33,778 bases of DNA from a virus (Duplodnaviria; Caudoviricetes): positions 1-33,778 of IMG/VR virus record IMGVR_UViG_3300020045_002075, one strand, 5' to 3'. Each line of letters starts with the position of its first letter. Position 1 is the first letter of the stretch. Below are positions 16,076 to 24,448 of the stretch, in pieces. Position numbers and translations under genes: made by a program. The notes under the pieces are model-generated. The model was not told the DNA's origin. It did not search any database and was given only the letters and a program-made list of their open reading frames with translations.

Positions 16076-17617
16076 ATGGCAAATGTAAAGATAAGTGAAT
16101 TAACTTCAGCAACCACCCCTTTAGCGGGTACTGAGTTAATCGAGATAGTTCAAAGCGGAGTTAATAAAAAAGTAGCCGTTAGTGAAGTTGGTGGCACACC
16201 CCCAACACTTCAAGAGGTAACAACTGCGGGGAATGAAACGACTGATTCAATAATAATAGATAAGGAAGAAGAAGAAGCTATATTTTTAAATGTATTAGGC
16301 GAAAGCGTTGGTATTTTATCTAACTTTTCAGAGGGCGCTTGGTTTGTTTCTCAAGCAAGATTAGACAACGAGAATATTACTATTTATAGAAATGGTAGTT
16401 TAAGCATAAGAAAAGACAACGTAAGTCCAAAAACTTTAGAAATTCCTTATAAAGACGGCACTCTTTCGATAGATGCGATAGAAAAAACAGCTTCTTTTAC
16501 GGCCGAAAACGATACACCTTATTCAACCAACGGCACAATAACAGTAACAGACCCAACACCAGTAACAAACAAAGGCTACATAGTCCACGTTATCGGAGGC
16601 ACAACCACCATTGACGGAGTAGGTTATACGGCAGGAGCTTTAGTGTATCGTTATTATGATGGTAGTGTTTGGACTTCTGTGAATTATAAAGTTTCAGCCA
16701 CCGACATAGACGCATTAAAGCGTGACGGAAGTAATGCGAATAGTGATGTGGATATTTCGGGAGCTTATAAATTAAATTCGGGAGGCGTAAGAGCTTTAAA
16801 TGCTTCAGACGATATTAAGGCAGTTTTCGCTAATAACGTGCAGTCAGCTACAAGAACAGGACTTTACGGAGAGGGCGACAATACAATAGCGGATGTTGAT
16901 GTTGACGGTAATGGTGTTGGTGATATACTTTACAGATTAGCGGGCGATAAAATACAAGTCAATGAAACTACGGATGTAACAGAAATAGCTACCGATTTAG
17001 TTTTACCTGCAGAAACCGCTTCAAGAATAGCAAGTTTTGACAGCAATAAAAAAATCACAAGTTTAGACACCGCTACTTATCCAAGTTTAACGGAATTAGC
17101 GTATGTAAAAGGCGTTACTAGTGCTATTCAAACGCAATTAAATTTATTCTACGCCCATAAAGCTAGAACTATACACGCACCAGCCGCATCTGTTACAGGA
17201 GTGGCTACACAAACAGTTATAGCGACAATGCCAATTCCCGCTAATGTATATGCGAGTACAGATGCGTTTATGTTTAATATGGCGGTTAAAAAAGGAGTGA
17301 CCGCCTCAACAGTTGAATATAAAATATATGTAGGTGCTTCAGCAGGCGCATTAACCACGCAAATAGGTAGGTTTATTGCTAACTCGGCTACTTTAGCGGC
17401 TGATTTTGTGCGTCCTTTTTCTATTAATTCGGGAACATTAAACACTTCTGTTGGGTTTAACGTAAACGTAATTACTGGAGAAGCTCAGCAAACCACAGCA
17501 GGAGCAGGAGTTTCAGTAACCACAAGTAGTGATTGGTGGATAACAATAACCGCTGCGCCAACAAATGCAGCAGATGTTAGCGGAATAGATTACGCCTCAA
17601 TAATACCTTTAAAATAA
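16076..17617 (+). CDS. Tail fibre/receptor-binding protein
   Basis: MANVKISELT start, PTLQEVTTAGN and YPSLTELAYVKGVTSAIQTQLN fibre motifs; Ala/Thr-rich. Confidence 0.75.
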   Translation: MANVKISELTSATTPLAGTELIEIVQSGVNKKVAVSEVGGTPPTLQEVTTAGNETTDSIIIDKEEEEAIFLNVLGESVGILSNFSEGAWFVSQARLDNENITIYRNGSLSIRKDNVSPKTLEIPYKDGTLSIDAIEKTASFTAENDTPYSTNGTITVTDPTPVTNKGYIVHVIGGTTTIDGVGYTAGALVYRYYDGSVWTSVNYKVSATDIDALKRDGSNANSDVDISGAYKLNSGGVRALNASDDIKAVFANNVQSATRTGLYGEGDNTIADVDVDGNGVGDILYRLAGDKIQVNETTDVTEIATDLVLPAETASRIASFDSNKKITSLDTATYPSLTELAYVKGVTSAIQTQLNLFYAHKARTIHAPAASVTGVATQTVIATMPIPANVYASTDAFMFNMAVKKGVTASTVEYKIYVGASAGALTTQIGRFIANSATLAADFVRPFSINSGTLNTSVGFNVNVITGEAQQTTAGAGVSVTTSSDWWITITAAPTNAADVSGIDYASIIPLK

Positions 17618-17621
17618 CGAT

Positions 17622-17969
17622 ATGAAAAAACTACTATTATTAATTCCGTTTCTATTGATTTCGTGTAGTAATGATGAATTAATAACTTCTAACAAACTTG
17701 AAGTTACCGAACCTGTAAACAATCTAAACGGTGTTTATTATAGCGTTCAAAATAACGGCATGGTAAATTTAGGATGGTTTACTACTTACTACAATTACAC
17801 GAATACCGTTAAAAGGCGAAATGAGGTTATTGCAACTGATTATTTCAACATCAACAATCAAATTTCTATTCCCGTTCAAAGAGGGTTTAGTAAAGATACT
17901 TTTTATGTTAGTCAAACGGTAAACGGAATACAAAGCGAGTTTAAAAGAATAATTGTAAAGAAGAGATAA
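17622..17969 (+). CDS. Lipoprotein with an Ig-like segment
   Basis: Lipobox LLISC followed by SNDE; C-terminal TFYVSQTVNGIQSE. Confidence 0.7.
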   Translation: MKKLLLLIPFLLISCSNDELITSNKLEVTEPVNNLNGVYYSVQNNGMVNLGWFTTYYNYTNTVKRRNEVIATDYFNINNQISIPVQRGFSKDTFYVSQTVNGIQSEFKRIIVKKR

Positions 17970-17977
17970 ATTAGTTT

Positions 17978-18211
17978 ATGAAAAAAGTATTAATAGACAC
18001 GCTTACGGTTAATGGAAGATACAGCCAAAAGCGATTAATGACATTTAGTTCTTTTTTTACAGCTTTGGTATATGCTTTTATGCCAGCTTTTTTTGCCTTT
18101 GAGGTAAAAGAATTTGTGTTCTTAGGGTTTTTAGGAGCGGGCGGTTTTAGTTTATTCCGCACTCAGAAAGCAAACGAAAACACAGTAACAAACGATACAG
18201 AAAATATATAA
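17978..18211 (+). CDS. Putative holin (two TM segments)
   Basis: YSQKRL followed by two hydrophobic segments; upstream of the endolysin. Confidence 0.55.
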   Translation: MKKVLIDTLTVNGRYSQKRLMTFSSFFTALVYAFMPAFFAFEVKEFVFLGFLGAGGFSLFRTQKANENTVTNDTENI

Positions 18212-18216
18212 TAGTT

Positions 18217-18546
18217 ATGAATGAGAAAAAATTAAAACCAACGACAATGGAAGATAGAGTTTTATCGTTAGAATATGGAGCAGAGAAAACCGAAAGGCAT
18301 TATGGAGAGTTGAAAGATAAAATTGAAGGCTTCTCTTCTGATATTTCAGATATTAAAAATGCCGTTGTCGGACACGCTATGAATGGTAATAGCGGAATGG
18401 TGCATGACTTAAAAAAGCATAAAGCTGAAATATACGAGTTGCAGGTTCAATGTATTAAATACGATTTGTATTTTAGACAATTATCTGTAGTTGTTTGTGC
18501 TTTGTTAGTTGGATTAATAACGGCTTTAATTAAAATATTTGTATGA
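18217..18546 (+). CDS. Coiled-coil protein with a C-terminal TM segment (lysis-associated)
   Basis: [21 protein letters not shown]; ATGA-coupled to the endolysin. Confidence 0.5.
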   Translation: MNEKKLKPTTMEDRVLSLEYGAEKTERHYGELKDKIEGFSSDISDIKNAVVGHAMNGNSGMVHDLKKHKAEIYELQVQCIKYDLYFRQLSVVVCALLVGLITALIKIFV

Positions 18547-19010
18547 TAACAACGGCACAAGCAATTAGAGATTTTGGAAAACCAAATCAGCAAGGTAGTT
18601 ATTTGACAACAATAGATTTACCTTATCCTATGCGTTTGGCGTGGGATAAAAAAACAACAGTTAAAAAAATGCGATGCCATAAATTAGTAGCTGCTAATTT
18701 CACAGAAGTATTTAAAGATTTGTTGGAACATTACGGACTTGAAAAAATAAAAGAGTTAGGAATAGATTTATTTGGTGGATGTTTTAACTTTAGAGCGATG
18801 CGTGGCGGTTCAGATTATTCACGCCATAGTTGGGGAATTGCGATTGATTTAGACCCCGAAAGAAACCAACTTCACGAAACAAAAGCAACAGCAAGATTTG
18901 CACGCCCTGAATATAAACCAATGATTGATATATTTTACAAACATGGCTTTTTAAGTTTAGGAGTTGAAAAGAATTACGATTGGATGCACTTCGAGATTAA
19001 ACCTATTTAA
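18543..19010 (+). CDS. Endolysin, peptidase M15 family
   Basis: [21 protein letters not shown] (SxHxxGxAxD) and DWMHFE. Confidence 0.9.
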   Translation: MITTAQAIRDFGKPNQQGSYLTTIDLPYPMRLAWDKKTTVKKMRCHKLVAANFTEVFKDLLEHYGLEKIKELGIDLFGGCFNFRAMRGGSDYSRHSWGIAIDLDPERNQLHETKATARFARPEYKPMIDIFYKHGFLSLGVEKNYDWMHFEIKPI

Positions 19011-19011
19011 T

Positions 19012-19110
19012 ATGACCTTACAACAACTAAAACACAAAGGCAATAGAAGTTTATTAATATCTTTTATTCTTAGCTTAGGAGTGGTTATTTGGGTAGTTGA
19101 AACGGTATAA
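19012..19110 (+). CDS. Small single-TM peptide (32 aa), absent from the ORF track
   Basis: MTLQQLKHKGNRSLLISFILSLGVVIWVVETV* lies between the endolysin and the terminator. Confidence 0.45.
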   Translation: MTLQQLKHKGNRSLLISFILSLGVVIWVVETV

Positions 19111-19140
19111 AAAAACCACCCTGTTAAGAGTGGTTTTTTT
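19109..19140. terminator. Bidirectional intrinsic terminator
   Basis: AAAAAAACCAC-CCTGTTAAGA-GTGGTTTTTTT. Confidence 0.8.
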
Positions 19141-19144
19141 TAAT

Positions 19145-19397
19145 AAATTCTTTAAGTATCAGCCCAGCTACCTGTTATCAAGTTGGTCAACACATTCTTT
19201 TCAGTGCATCGGTTTTAATTCCTGCATAACTGTAATACCACCGTTTAATAATATTAACCATTCCGCAAATGGTTAGGTTTTATTTCGTTAAAACTACTTT
19301 TACCTTTTTTATATAGCGTCTAATACTATTAACTCTCGCCTTTACAGACCGCCTCTTGTTGCTTCCGCAATTTCGGTTTTGTTTCCTTAAAGAACTT
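19145..19397 (-). ncRNA. Candidate structured non-coding RNA (~253 nt), family unrecognised
   Basis: 5' AAGUUCUUUAAG pairs with 3' CUUAAAGAAUUU; internal hairpins with GGAA and GUAA tetraloops; TATATTTG promoter directly upstream and terminator directly downstream; no ORF in the track. Confidence 0.7.
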
Positions 19398-19400
19398 AGG

Positions 19401-19408
19401 CAAATATA
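19401..19408 (-). promoter_or_regulatory. Bacteroidota -7 promoter element (TATATTTG) for the ncRNA
   Basis: Matches TAnnTTTG, 3 nt before the paired 5' end; -33 element unclear. Confidence 0.65.
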
Positions 19409-19443
19409 TATATTTTTTTTATTACATAAACCACCAAACAGTA

Positions 19444-19462
19444 ATTTATATTAATTCTAAAT
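19444..19462. promoter_or_regulatory. 19-bp quasi-palindromic operator ATTTATATTAATTCTAAAT (Fur-box-like), copy 1
   Basis: Identical to 32764-32782; lies between divergent promoters. Confidence 0.55.
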
Positions 19463-19471
19463 TAAATTTGT

Positions 19472-19479
19472 TATCTTTG
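19472..19479 (+). promoter_or_regulatory. Bacteroidota -7 promoter element (TATCTTTG)
   Basis: TAnnTTTG 4 nt upstream of the ATG at 19484. Confidence 0.55.
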
Positions 19480-19483
19480 GATT

Positions 19484-19570
19484 ATGAAAAATAAAATATG
19501 GTTTCAAAGATTAGCTGATGGATTTGAAATAGGTTTCTTTGGCTGGGTATTAGAATTTAAAAATAAGTAA
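19484..19570 (+). CDS. Small peptide (28 aa), absent from the ORF track
   Basis: MKNKIWFQRLADGFEIGFFGWVLEFKNK*; ends 1 nt before the next ATG. Confidence 0.4.
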   Translation: MKNKIWFQRLADGFEIGFFGWVLEFKNK

Positions 19571-19571
19571 C

Positions 19572-19913
19572 ATGGATAAACTAATTTTAAAAGACTTTTT
19601 CTTAAAGTATTGGAAGTATGCAGTAATCCTAATATTGCTGATTGTTATTTACTTCCTTTTCAATCAAACCAAAACATTAGAAACTAAGGTTGCTACTGCT
19701 ATTGAAAAAGCAAAGGAACACGAAATTAAGGCACAATTCTATTTAGATATCTATCATTTACAAATGGAAAAAGATGTTGATTTACAAAACAAATACGATA
19801 GTTTACTACTCGAGAAAAACAAAATCAAAATTCAATACAATGAAAAAATTAAAATTATTAATGAGTTTACTGTTTCTGATATGCAGTCTTACTTCAACGA
19901 GCGCACAAAATAA
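19572..19913 (+). CDS. Putative inner-membrane spanin-like protein
   Basis: N-terminal TM (YAVILILLIVIYFLF) plus coiled coil; overlaps the next gene. Confidence 0.5.
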   Translation: MDKLILKDFFLKYWKYAVILILLIVIYFLFNQTKTLETKVATAIEKAKEHEIKAQFYLDIYHLQMEKDVDLQNKYDSLLLEKNKIKIQYNEKIKIINEFTVSDMQSYFNERTK

Positions 19914-20223
19914 GAAAGTTGTAATATTAGATAGTTTGCAATCTAAAAAAATAATTATACAACTTGAACAAGGCGATTTTGCACGTGCAGAATTAACGAT
20001 TTATAAAAGAATGGATACTTTGTCCCAAAAAAGAATTGAAGTGCTTAAAACGGCTAATTTTAGTTTATTGGATGCTTTTAACGAAAAGCAGTTAGAGGTA
20101 GATAAATATAAAGAAGCGGTTAAGGTGCAAGATAAAATAATTCAAAAAGAAAAGAATAAAAAAAACTTTTATAAAATAAGTACAATTGTTAGTATCGTTG
20201 CATTATTATTTTTTATAAATTAG
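19840..20223 (+). CDS. Putative spanin-like partner (signal peptide, coiled coil, C-terminal TM); track ORF starts at 19774
   Basis: ATG at 19840 gives the signal MKKLKLLMSLLFLICSLTSTSA-Q; C-terminal ISTIVSIVALLFFIN. Confidence 0.5.
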   Translation: MKKLKLLMSLLFLICSLTSTSAQNKKVVILDSLQSKKIIIQLEQGDFARAELTIYKRMDTLSQKRIEVLKTANFSLLDAFNEKQLEVDKYKEAVKVQDKIIQKEKNKKNFYKISTIVSIVALLFFIN

Positions 20224-20256
20224 CCTTTTCATAGTAATGTTTTTGATTTGGTAAAG

Positions 20257-20294
20257 AAAATCCCCTCGCAGTTTAAAGAATTGGAGGGGATTTT
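20257..20294. terminator. Bidirectional terminator at the convergence of the two transcription arms
   Basis: AAAATCCCCTC...GAGGGGATTTT. Confidence 0.75.
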
Positions 20295-20300
20295 TGATTA

Positions 20301-21149
20301 CTATTCCATAAAGGAAAAGATATGTTCTATAATTGGCAAAGTCCAACCATCGCCTAGTAAACTACCTGCTTTTCTTTGGGTTAACATATCGCAATAATCA
20401 TCTTTAAAACCTTGTAATCTGCACATTTCAATAGTATTGCAGGTTCTAAATTTACCATCATCTTCTATAAGAGTTAACATTCCTGTTGTGTTATTTCTAT
20501 GTATTAAATATCTTTGTGTTCCACCTGTTCCACTTCCAGTATTTAAACAAGTATGTTTTTCTCTATCACTTTTACCACTTGTTAATATGTCGTTTAAGAG
20601 TATCTTTTTATCTTTTGGTTGTGGTATATCAACAACAACGTCAAACATCGTGTTTTTAGTTCTTATATTAGTCCAGTAGTATCTATCACGTAATTGTGCG
20701 GTTACTAAACTACTATCAAATCTAACAGGATAAACACCTAAAGCTCTACTCATTATTCCAACATCTAATTTTGATGCACTACCTACGTTTTCTTGCAGAA
20801 ATAATACATTTGGATTTAAAGATTTAATATGTTCAAATATTTCAACAAATACAAAAAACAAACTTGACTTTTTACCATTGATTCCCGCACGTTTACCAGC
20901 TGCACTTAAATCTTGACAAGGCGAACCGCTTAAAACCAAATCGATACTTTTCCAGTCAATATCCCATTCACGCCATTTAGTAACATCTCCAACTTGAATA
21001 GTATCTGGAAAATGGTATTGAGTTAATTGTATGGCGTAAGGTTTGATTTCTGAGCTATAATATTTACCAACTTTAAATCCACAATTTTCTAATGCTTGTC
21101 GACCAGTATTCATTCCATTGAACAAACTTAAAACATTCATTTTTTCCAT
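20301..21149 (-). CDS. DNA cytosine-C5 methyltransferase
   Basis: Motif I LSLFNG, IV GSPCQDLS, VI ENV, VIII QLRDRYYW, IX RLQGF, X LGDGW. Confidence 0.9.
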   Translation of the reverse strand: MEKMNVLSLFNGMNTGRQALENCGFKVGKYYSSEIKPYAIQLTQYHFPDTIQVGDVTKWREWDIDWKSIDLVLSGSPCQDLSAAGKRAGINGKKSSLFFVFVEIFEHIKSLNPNVLFLQENVGSASKLDVGIMSRALGVYPVRFDSSLVTAQLRDRYYWTNIRTKNTMFDVVVDIPQPKDKKILLNDILTSGKSDREKHTCLNTGSGTGGTQRYLIHRNNTTGMLTLIEDDGKFRTCNTIEMCRLQGFKDDYCDMLTQRKAGSLLGDGWTLPIIEHIFSFME

Positions 21150-21221
21150 AATTCAATATCTTTATAAAACTATTTAAGTTATCCACCATTAAAGTTAAAT
21201 AGCGGGTTAATAAATTAAGGG

Positions 21222-21443
21222 TTATAATTTATTTATTTCATCTTGCACAGCATACCAATAAGCAGTAAATTCTCTTGTATATTGTAGAGATTTAAAAAAG
21301 CTATCGCAATTTATAATTTCATCAACACAAATTAAAGCGCATTGCTTACATTGATTGAAACTAATATTGCAATCAGGTGCTTCAGGGTTCATTTGATTAT
21401 AATATTTATTTATTAACTCAATCGCTTTTTCTTTTGGTGTCAT
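21222..21443 (-). CDS. Hypothetical protein (MTPKEKA type)
   Basis: MTPKEKAIEL...KQCALICVDEII...YW; in the early operon. Confidence 0.7.
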   Translation of the reverse strand: MTPKEKAIELINKYYNQMNPEAPDCNISFNQCKQCALICVDEIINCDSFFKSLQYTREFTAYWYAVQDEINKL

Positions 21444-21736
21444 AATGTTTGTTTATAGATTAATAATAGTTCGTGCGTGGTTTTGTAAATTTCTTTATTT
21501 TTATGTTGGTACATTTTTATGCCAAAATTATATGAATAATTACTATTAGCAAGCCACTCCGCAAAAGAAATAGCAAAATCATCCTTTTGTTTTTGTTCAA
21601 TGTCTTTACAATCTTGTAATTTATCACAATAAATTAACATTTTTTGAACATCAACAAGCATATCTTTAAATAATTCTTTTTGTTCTTTGTGCAACATCTC
21701 TACTGCTGTCAATTCAAGTTTTCTTTGATTTTCCAT
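21440..21736 (-). CDS. Hypothetical protein
   Basis: Operon-coupled ORF (FAISFAEW). Confidence 0.65.
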   Translation of the reverse strand: MENQRKLELTAVEMLHKEQKELFKDMLVDVQKMLIYCDKLQDCKDIEQKQKDDFAISFAEWLANSNYSYNFGIKMYQHKNKEIYKTTHELLLIYKQTL

Positions 21737-21745
21737 TGTTTAAGG

Positions 21746-21982
21746 TTATTTAAAAAATTCGCTAAATTCAACTGTTCTAATCCCATCCTTTCTTTGGTTT
21801 TCAGCACATCCAATAGACCCAGTACTTCTGTTTGTTTTCTTTTTAGCGTAAACAACAAGCGCAGTTTCTCGTTCTGCCATTTGTGGAAGCCATTTTATAT
21901 AACAATATTTTTCTCCGATAAATTTAGAAGCCTTGTTAAATTCTTCTTCTGTTCTAATAATAATTGATAATCCGTTTTCCAT
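21746..21982 (-). CDS. Hypothetical protein
   Basis: Operon-coupled ORF. Confidence 0.6.
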   Translation of the reverse strand: MENGLSIIIRTEEEFNKASKFIGEKYCYIKWLPQMAERETALVVYAKKKTNRSTGSIGCAENQRKDGIRTVEFSEFFK

Positions 21983-22009
21983 AATTCAAGTATTAAGTTA
22001 ATTGGTGGG

Positions 22010-22258
22010 TTAAAAAATATAATCAATATAGACTTGTTCTTCTTCGTGATTTTCTATTTCTTCAATCTGTTTGGCTAAATCCATAATCATATCACGAGTA
22101 ATATAAACCTTGAAATAATTATTATCGCCATTAAATTGATAAAAAAAAGCATTAATAACTTTGCTTTTATAAATTGCTTTTTCTCCGTCTTTTGGATTTC
22201 CTTGAACCTGTAATTCACTGTGTAATATTACTTCGTGATTTAAATTTTGATGTTTCAT
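22010..22258 (-). CDS. Hypothetical protein
   Basis: Operon-coupled ORF. Confidence 0.6.
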   Translation of the reverse strand: MKHQNLNHEVILHSELQVQGNPKDGEKAIYKSKVINAFFYQFNGDNNYFKVYITRDMIMDLAKQIEEIENHEEEQVYIDYIF

Positions 22259-22305
22259 AATCTTATTGTTTTATACATTCCCTATTAGAGAGCGTGGGTT
22301 AGTGG

Positions 22306-22488
22306 TTATTGATTTAAAATTTTATTAACTTCTTGGTCTGTTATTTGAGAAACTGTTTCGTAGCCTTTAGATAGTCCATATTCCAAAACTTTCTTGACTT
22401 GAGTTTTTGTCATTGGTTTTCCGTTGTGTTCAAATGCTTTCCAACTTCTGTTAATTTGGTTTAAGCAACCTTTTATATCTGCATCCAT
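22306..22488 (-). CDS. Hypothetical protein
   Basis: Operon-coupled ORF. Confidence 0.6.
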   Translation of the reverse strand: MDADIKGCLNQINRSWKAFEHNGKPMTKTQVKKVLEYGLSKGYETVSQITDQEVNKILNQ

Positions 22489-22509
22489 AATTTCTAATTT
22501 TTAGTTAAT

Positions 22510-22866
22510 TCAACCACATTGTGAAAAATGAGGTGTTGTTGTTAAAGTAAGTTTTTTAAATTCATTAATATCTTTTTCACTCCAGTTTATTATTTCTTTT
22601 GAATTTAAATAATGTTTAGGATACTTTCGTAAAGCATCTAAAACAGTAAAAAGAGGCACTTTTAAAGAGGCTTTTTCTTTTGAAATTACTAATTCATCAG
22701 ATTGCCCTGTTTTGTCTTTATTTACCTTTCTTTTGGCGTTTATTTGCTCTTTATTCTTTAAATAATAAGCGTCTTTGTATTTTTTTATCGCTTCTTTATT
22801 TCTGTCACGATATTCTTTTTGAATACGTAATCTGTTTTGCTTTTGTTCTGGCGTAAAGTTTCTCAT
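22510..22866 (-). CDS. Hypothetical basic protein
   Basis: KEYRDRNKEAIKKYKDAYYLKNKEQI helical repeat; ATGA overlap. Confidence 0.6.
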   Translation of the reverse strand: MRNFTPEQKQNRLRIQKEYRDRNKEAIKKYKDAYYLKNKEQINAKRKVNKDKTGQSDELVISKEKASLKVPLFTVLDALRKYPKHYLNSKEIINWSEKDINEFKKLTLTTTPHFSQCG

Positions 22867-23567
22867 TTTTTCAATTGTCTTTTACGTTTAAGATAATCTA
22901 TAAAATTAGCCATTTCTGGTCTTTTTTCCCAATCTGAAATGGTATCTTCTAGCATTTGCCTATCCATATTTTTAACCATTTCGTCAATTTCTTTTTCAGC
23001 TAATAGTTGTTTTTCTTTTTTAGCTTTTTCTTCTCTTATTTTTGCGTAATAAATATCTACAGCATTGGTATTTGTTATTTCTGAGTGTTTTTCTTTTAAA
23101 TAAATTTCCTCTCTTTTTTGTGCTTTTTGGTCTAAGTATTTTGGAAACCAATCCCCTAAAATCAAATTAGCATCAACACCTCTTCCAGTACTTCCAAACT
23201 TTCCAGTACGTGCCATTTTAAGAAAAATAATAATATCTTCAAGAGTTTCATATTGAAAGTTTTCTAATAAATCAACTGTAAGAGTTTCAATTTGAGTAGG
23301 ATTAAGTTTTGTACTAAAACCAAAGGAATCTATAAACCTTGTTGTTAGTATCTTTACTACACTAAAACCTATTTGACCCGCCTCGCCTTTAAAAACACTT
23401 TTTATAATTGCCTTGTCAAATGTTTCTGAAATAGTCAACTGCATTTCCAAAGGTGCTAATTGCATACTTCCTGATATTATTTGCTTACTTAAATCTAAAG
23501 TTTTTTGCAGTTTCAGATTGCATTGCGTCTGTAAATATTTCTGCGTTTGTTCTGGTGTCTGTTCCAT
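22863..23567 (-). CDS. Putative replication accessory protein (helicase-loader position)
   Basis: Directly downstream of and overlapping the initiator gene; function inferred from position only. Confidence 0.4.
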   Translation of the reverse strand: MEQTPEQTQKYLQTQCNLKLQKTLDLSKQIISGSMQLAPLEMQLTISETFDKAIIKSVFKGEAGQIGFSVVKILTTRFIDSFGFSTKLNPTQIETLTVDLLENFQYETLEDIIIFLKMARTGKFGSTGRGVDANLILGDWFPKYLDQKAQKREEIYLKEKHSEITNTNAVDIYYAKIREEKAKKEKQLLAEKEIDEMVKNMDRQMLEDTISDWEKRPEMANFIDYLKRKRQLKK

Positions 23568-24198
23568 TTTTATTTATTTTTAATTCAAATAATCCTTCCC
23601 AATTGTTTTCTACGGTTTGTCTAACAATAGCTTTTGCGGTTTCAATATTACCTTTTGATAATTCAAGAAATTTATTAAAAGCTATTTGCTCCCACTTAAC
23701 GCCCGCATAAGGTTTTTTATTTTTTGCTTTTCTGTAATTTAACCATTCATCCCAAAGTGGTTTAAATTCATTAGGCATTTCCAAAAATGTTTTTTCCCCT
23801 ACAACCCCTTTTTCTTTTTTATTTTTAATTACATTTACATCTTCATTTACATCTTCCATTAGGTTTTTTTTAGGTTTACCATTAGGTTTAGTTATTTTTT
23901 TAGGTCTACCACCTAAAGAACCGTTGTTTCTGCGACTTTCAGTAAAGTTATTTCTTTTTTCTGTTTCGAGTTTTAATCGTTCATTAAAAAAATTTCCATC
24001 TTCATCTTTTGTAAATTTAGAAAAAACATCAACCGAAACCGAACCTACTAATAACCTAATGGTTTTTTCACTTAAAACTCCTTTTTGGTGTTGAACACAA
24101 AGAAGCGTTATATATTGTCCCCTTTCTTCCATTGTAAGGTCTGATACACCTAATAAAAAGTCGGAACTATAAAATAGAAATGCTGGGTCTTTAGCCAT
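23485..24198 (-). CDS. Replication initiator-like protein, DUF1376/YdaU family (track ORF starts at 24210)
   Basis: MAKDPAFLFYSSDFL...LTMEERGQYITLL, NGSLGGRPKK linker, WDEWLNYRK and NNWEGLF. Confidence 0.75.
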   Translation of the reverse strand: MAKDPAFLFYSSDFLLGVSDLTMEERGQYITLLCVQHQKGVLSEKTIRLLVGSVSVDVFSKFTKDEDGNFFNERLKLETEKRNNFTESRRNNGSLGGRPKKITKPNGKPKKNLMEDVNEDVNVIKNKKEKGVVGEKTFLEMPNEFKPLWDEWLNYRKAKNKKPYAGVKWEQIAFNKFLELSKGNIETAKAIVRQTVENNWEGLFELKINKNGTDTRTNAEIFTDAMQSETAKNFRFK

Positions 24199-24400
24199 TA
24201 TTAGCCTCACTTTCTGTAATTTTATTTATTTCAGTACGAAGTGTTTTAGCGAATTTTATAGCGGTGGATTTGTCAAGTTCTATAACCGAAATATGATTAA
24301 AAGTTTTTGAAGTTATGGTTATAAATCCTTTTGTTTCCTCTACTTTTATGTAGTCGCTATCCTCAAATCTATCGATAAATTTTAAATCGAATTTTGCCAT
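24191..24400 (-). CDS. Hypothetical protein
   Basis: LDKSTAIKFAKTLRTEINKI; first gene after the structured leader. Confidence 0.65.
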   Translation of the reverse strand: MAKFDLKFIDRFEDSDYIKVEETKGFITITSKTFNHISVIELDKSTAIKFAKTLRTEINKITESEANNG

Positions 24401-24448
24401 AATATAGAGGTTTTAAGATACCAATAAACTATTAAGTTAAATGCAAAA

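Noticed and set aside
16562-16594. GTAACAAA inside the tail fibre gene as another late promoter
   Set aside because: No ATTAT box at the required 14-nt spacing.
16076-17617. Diversity-generating retroelement or invertible tail fibre cassette
   Set aside because: No reverse transcriptase, recombinase, template/variable repeat pair or inverted fibre segments were seen.
623-18162. Minus-strand track ORFs within the structural arm (623, 1785, 3187, 4100, 6394, 7365, 8472, 8807, 9134, 10283, 10450, 10891, 17149, 17971)
   Set aside because: They are antisense shadows of well-supported + strand genes and have no recognisable motifs.
19355-19376. AAAUUGCGGAA in the ncRNA resembling the group I intron P element
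   Set aside because: No matching Q, R or S elements were found, no gene is interrupted, and the sequence forms a local GGAA hairpin instead.
19145-19397. ncRNA as a tRNA, tmRNA or CRISPR mini-array
   Set aside because: No cloverleaf, T-loop or CCA end, and no regularly spaced repeats.
21190-22310. Recurrent TAACC(C) after stop codons of small early genes
   Set aside because: Too short and variable to separate from AT-rich intergenic background without statistics.
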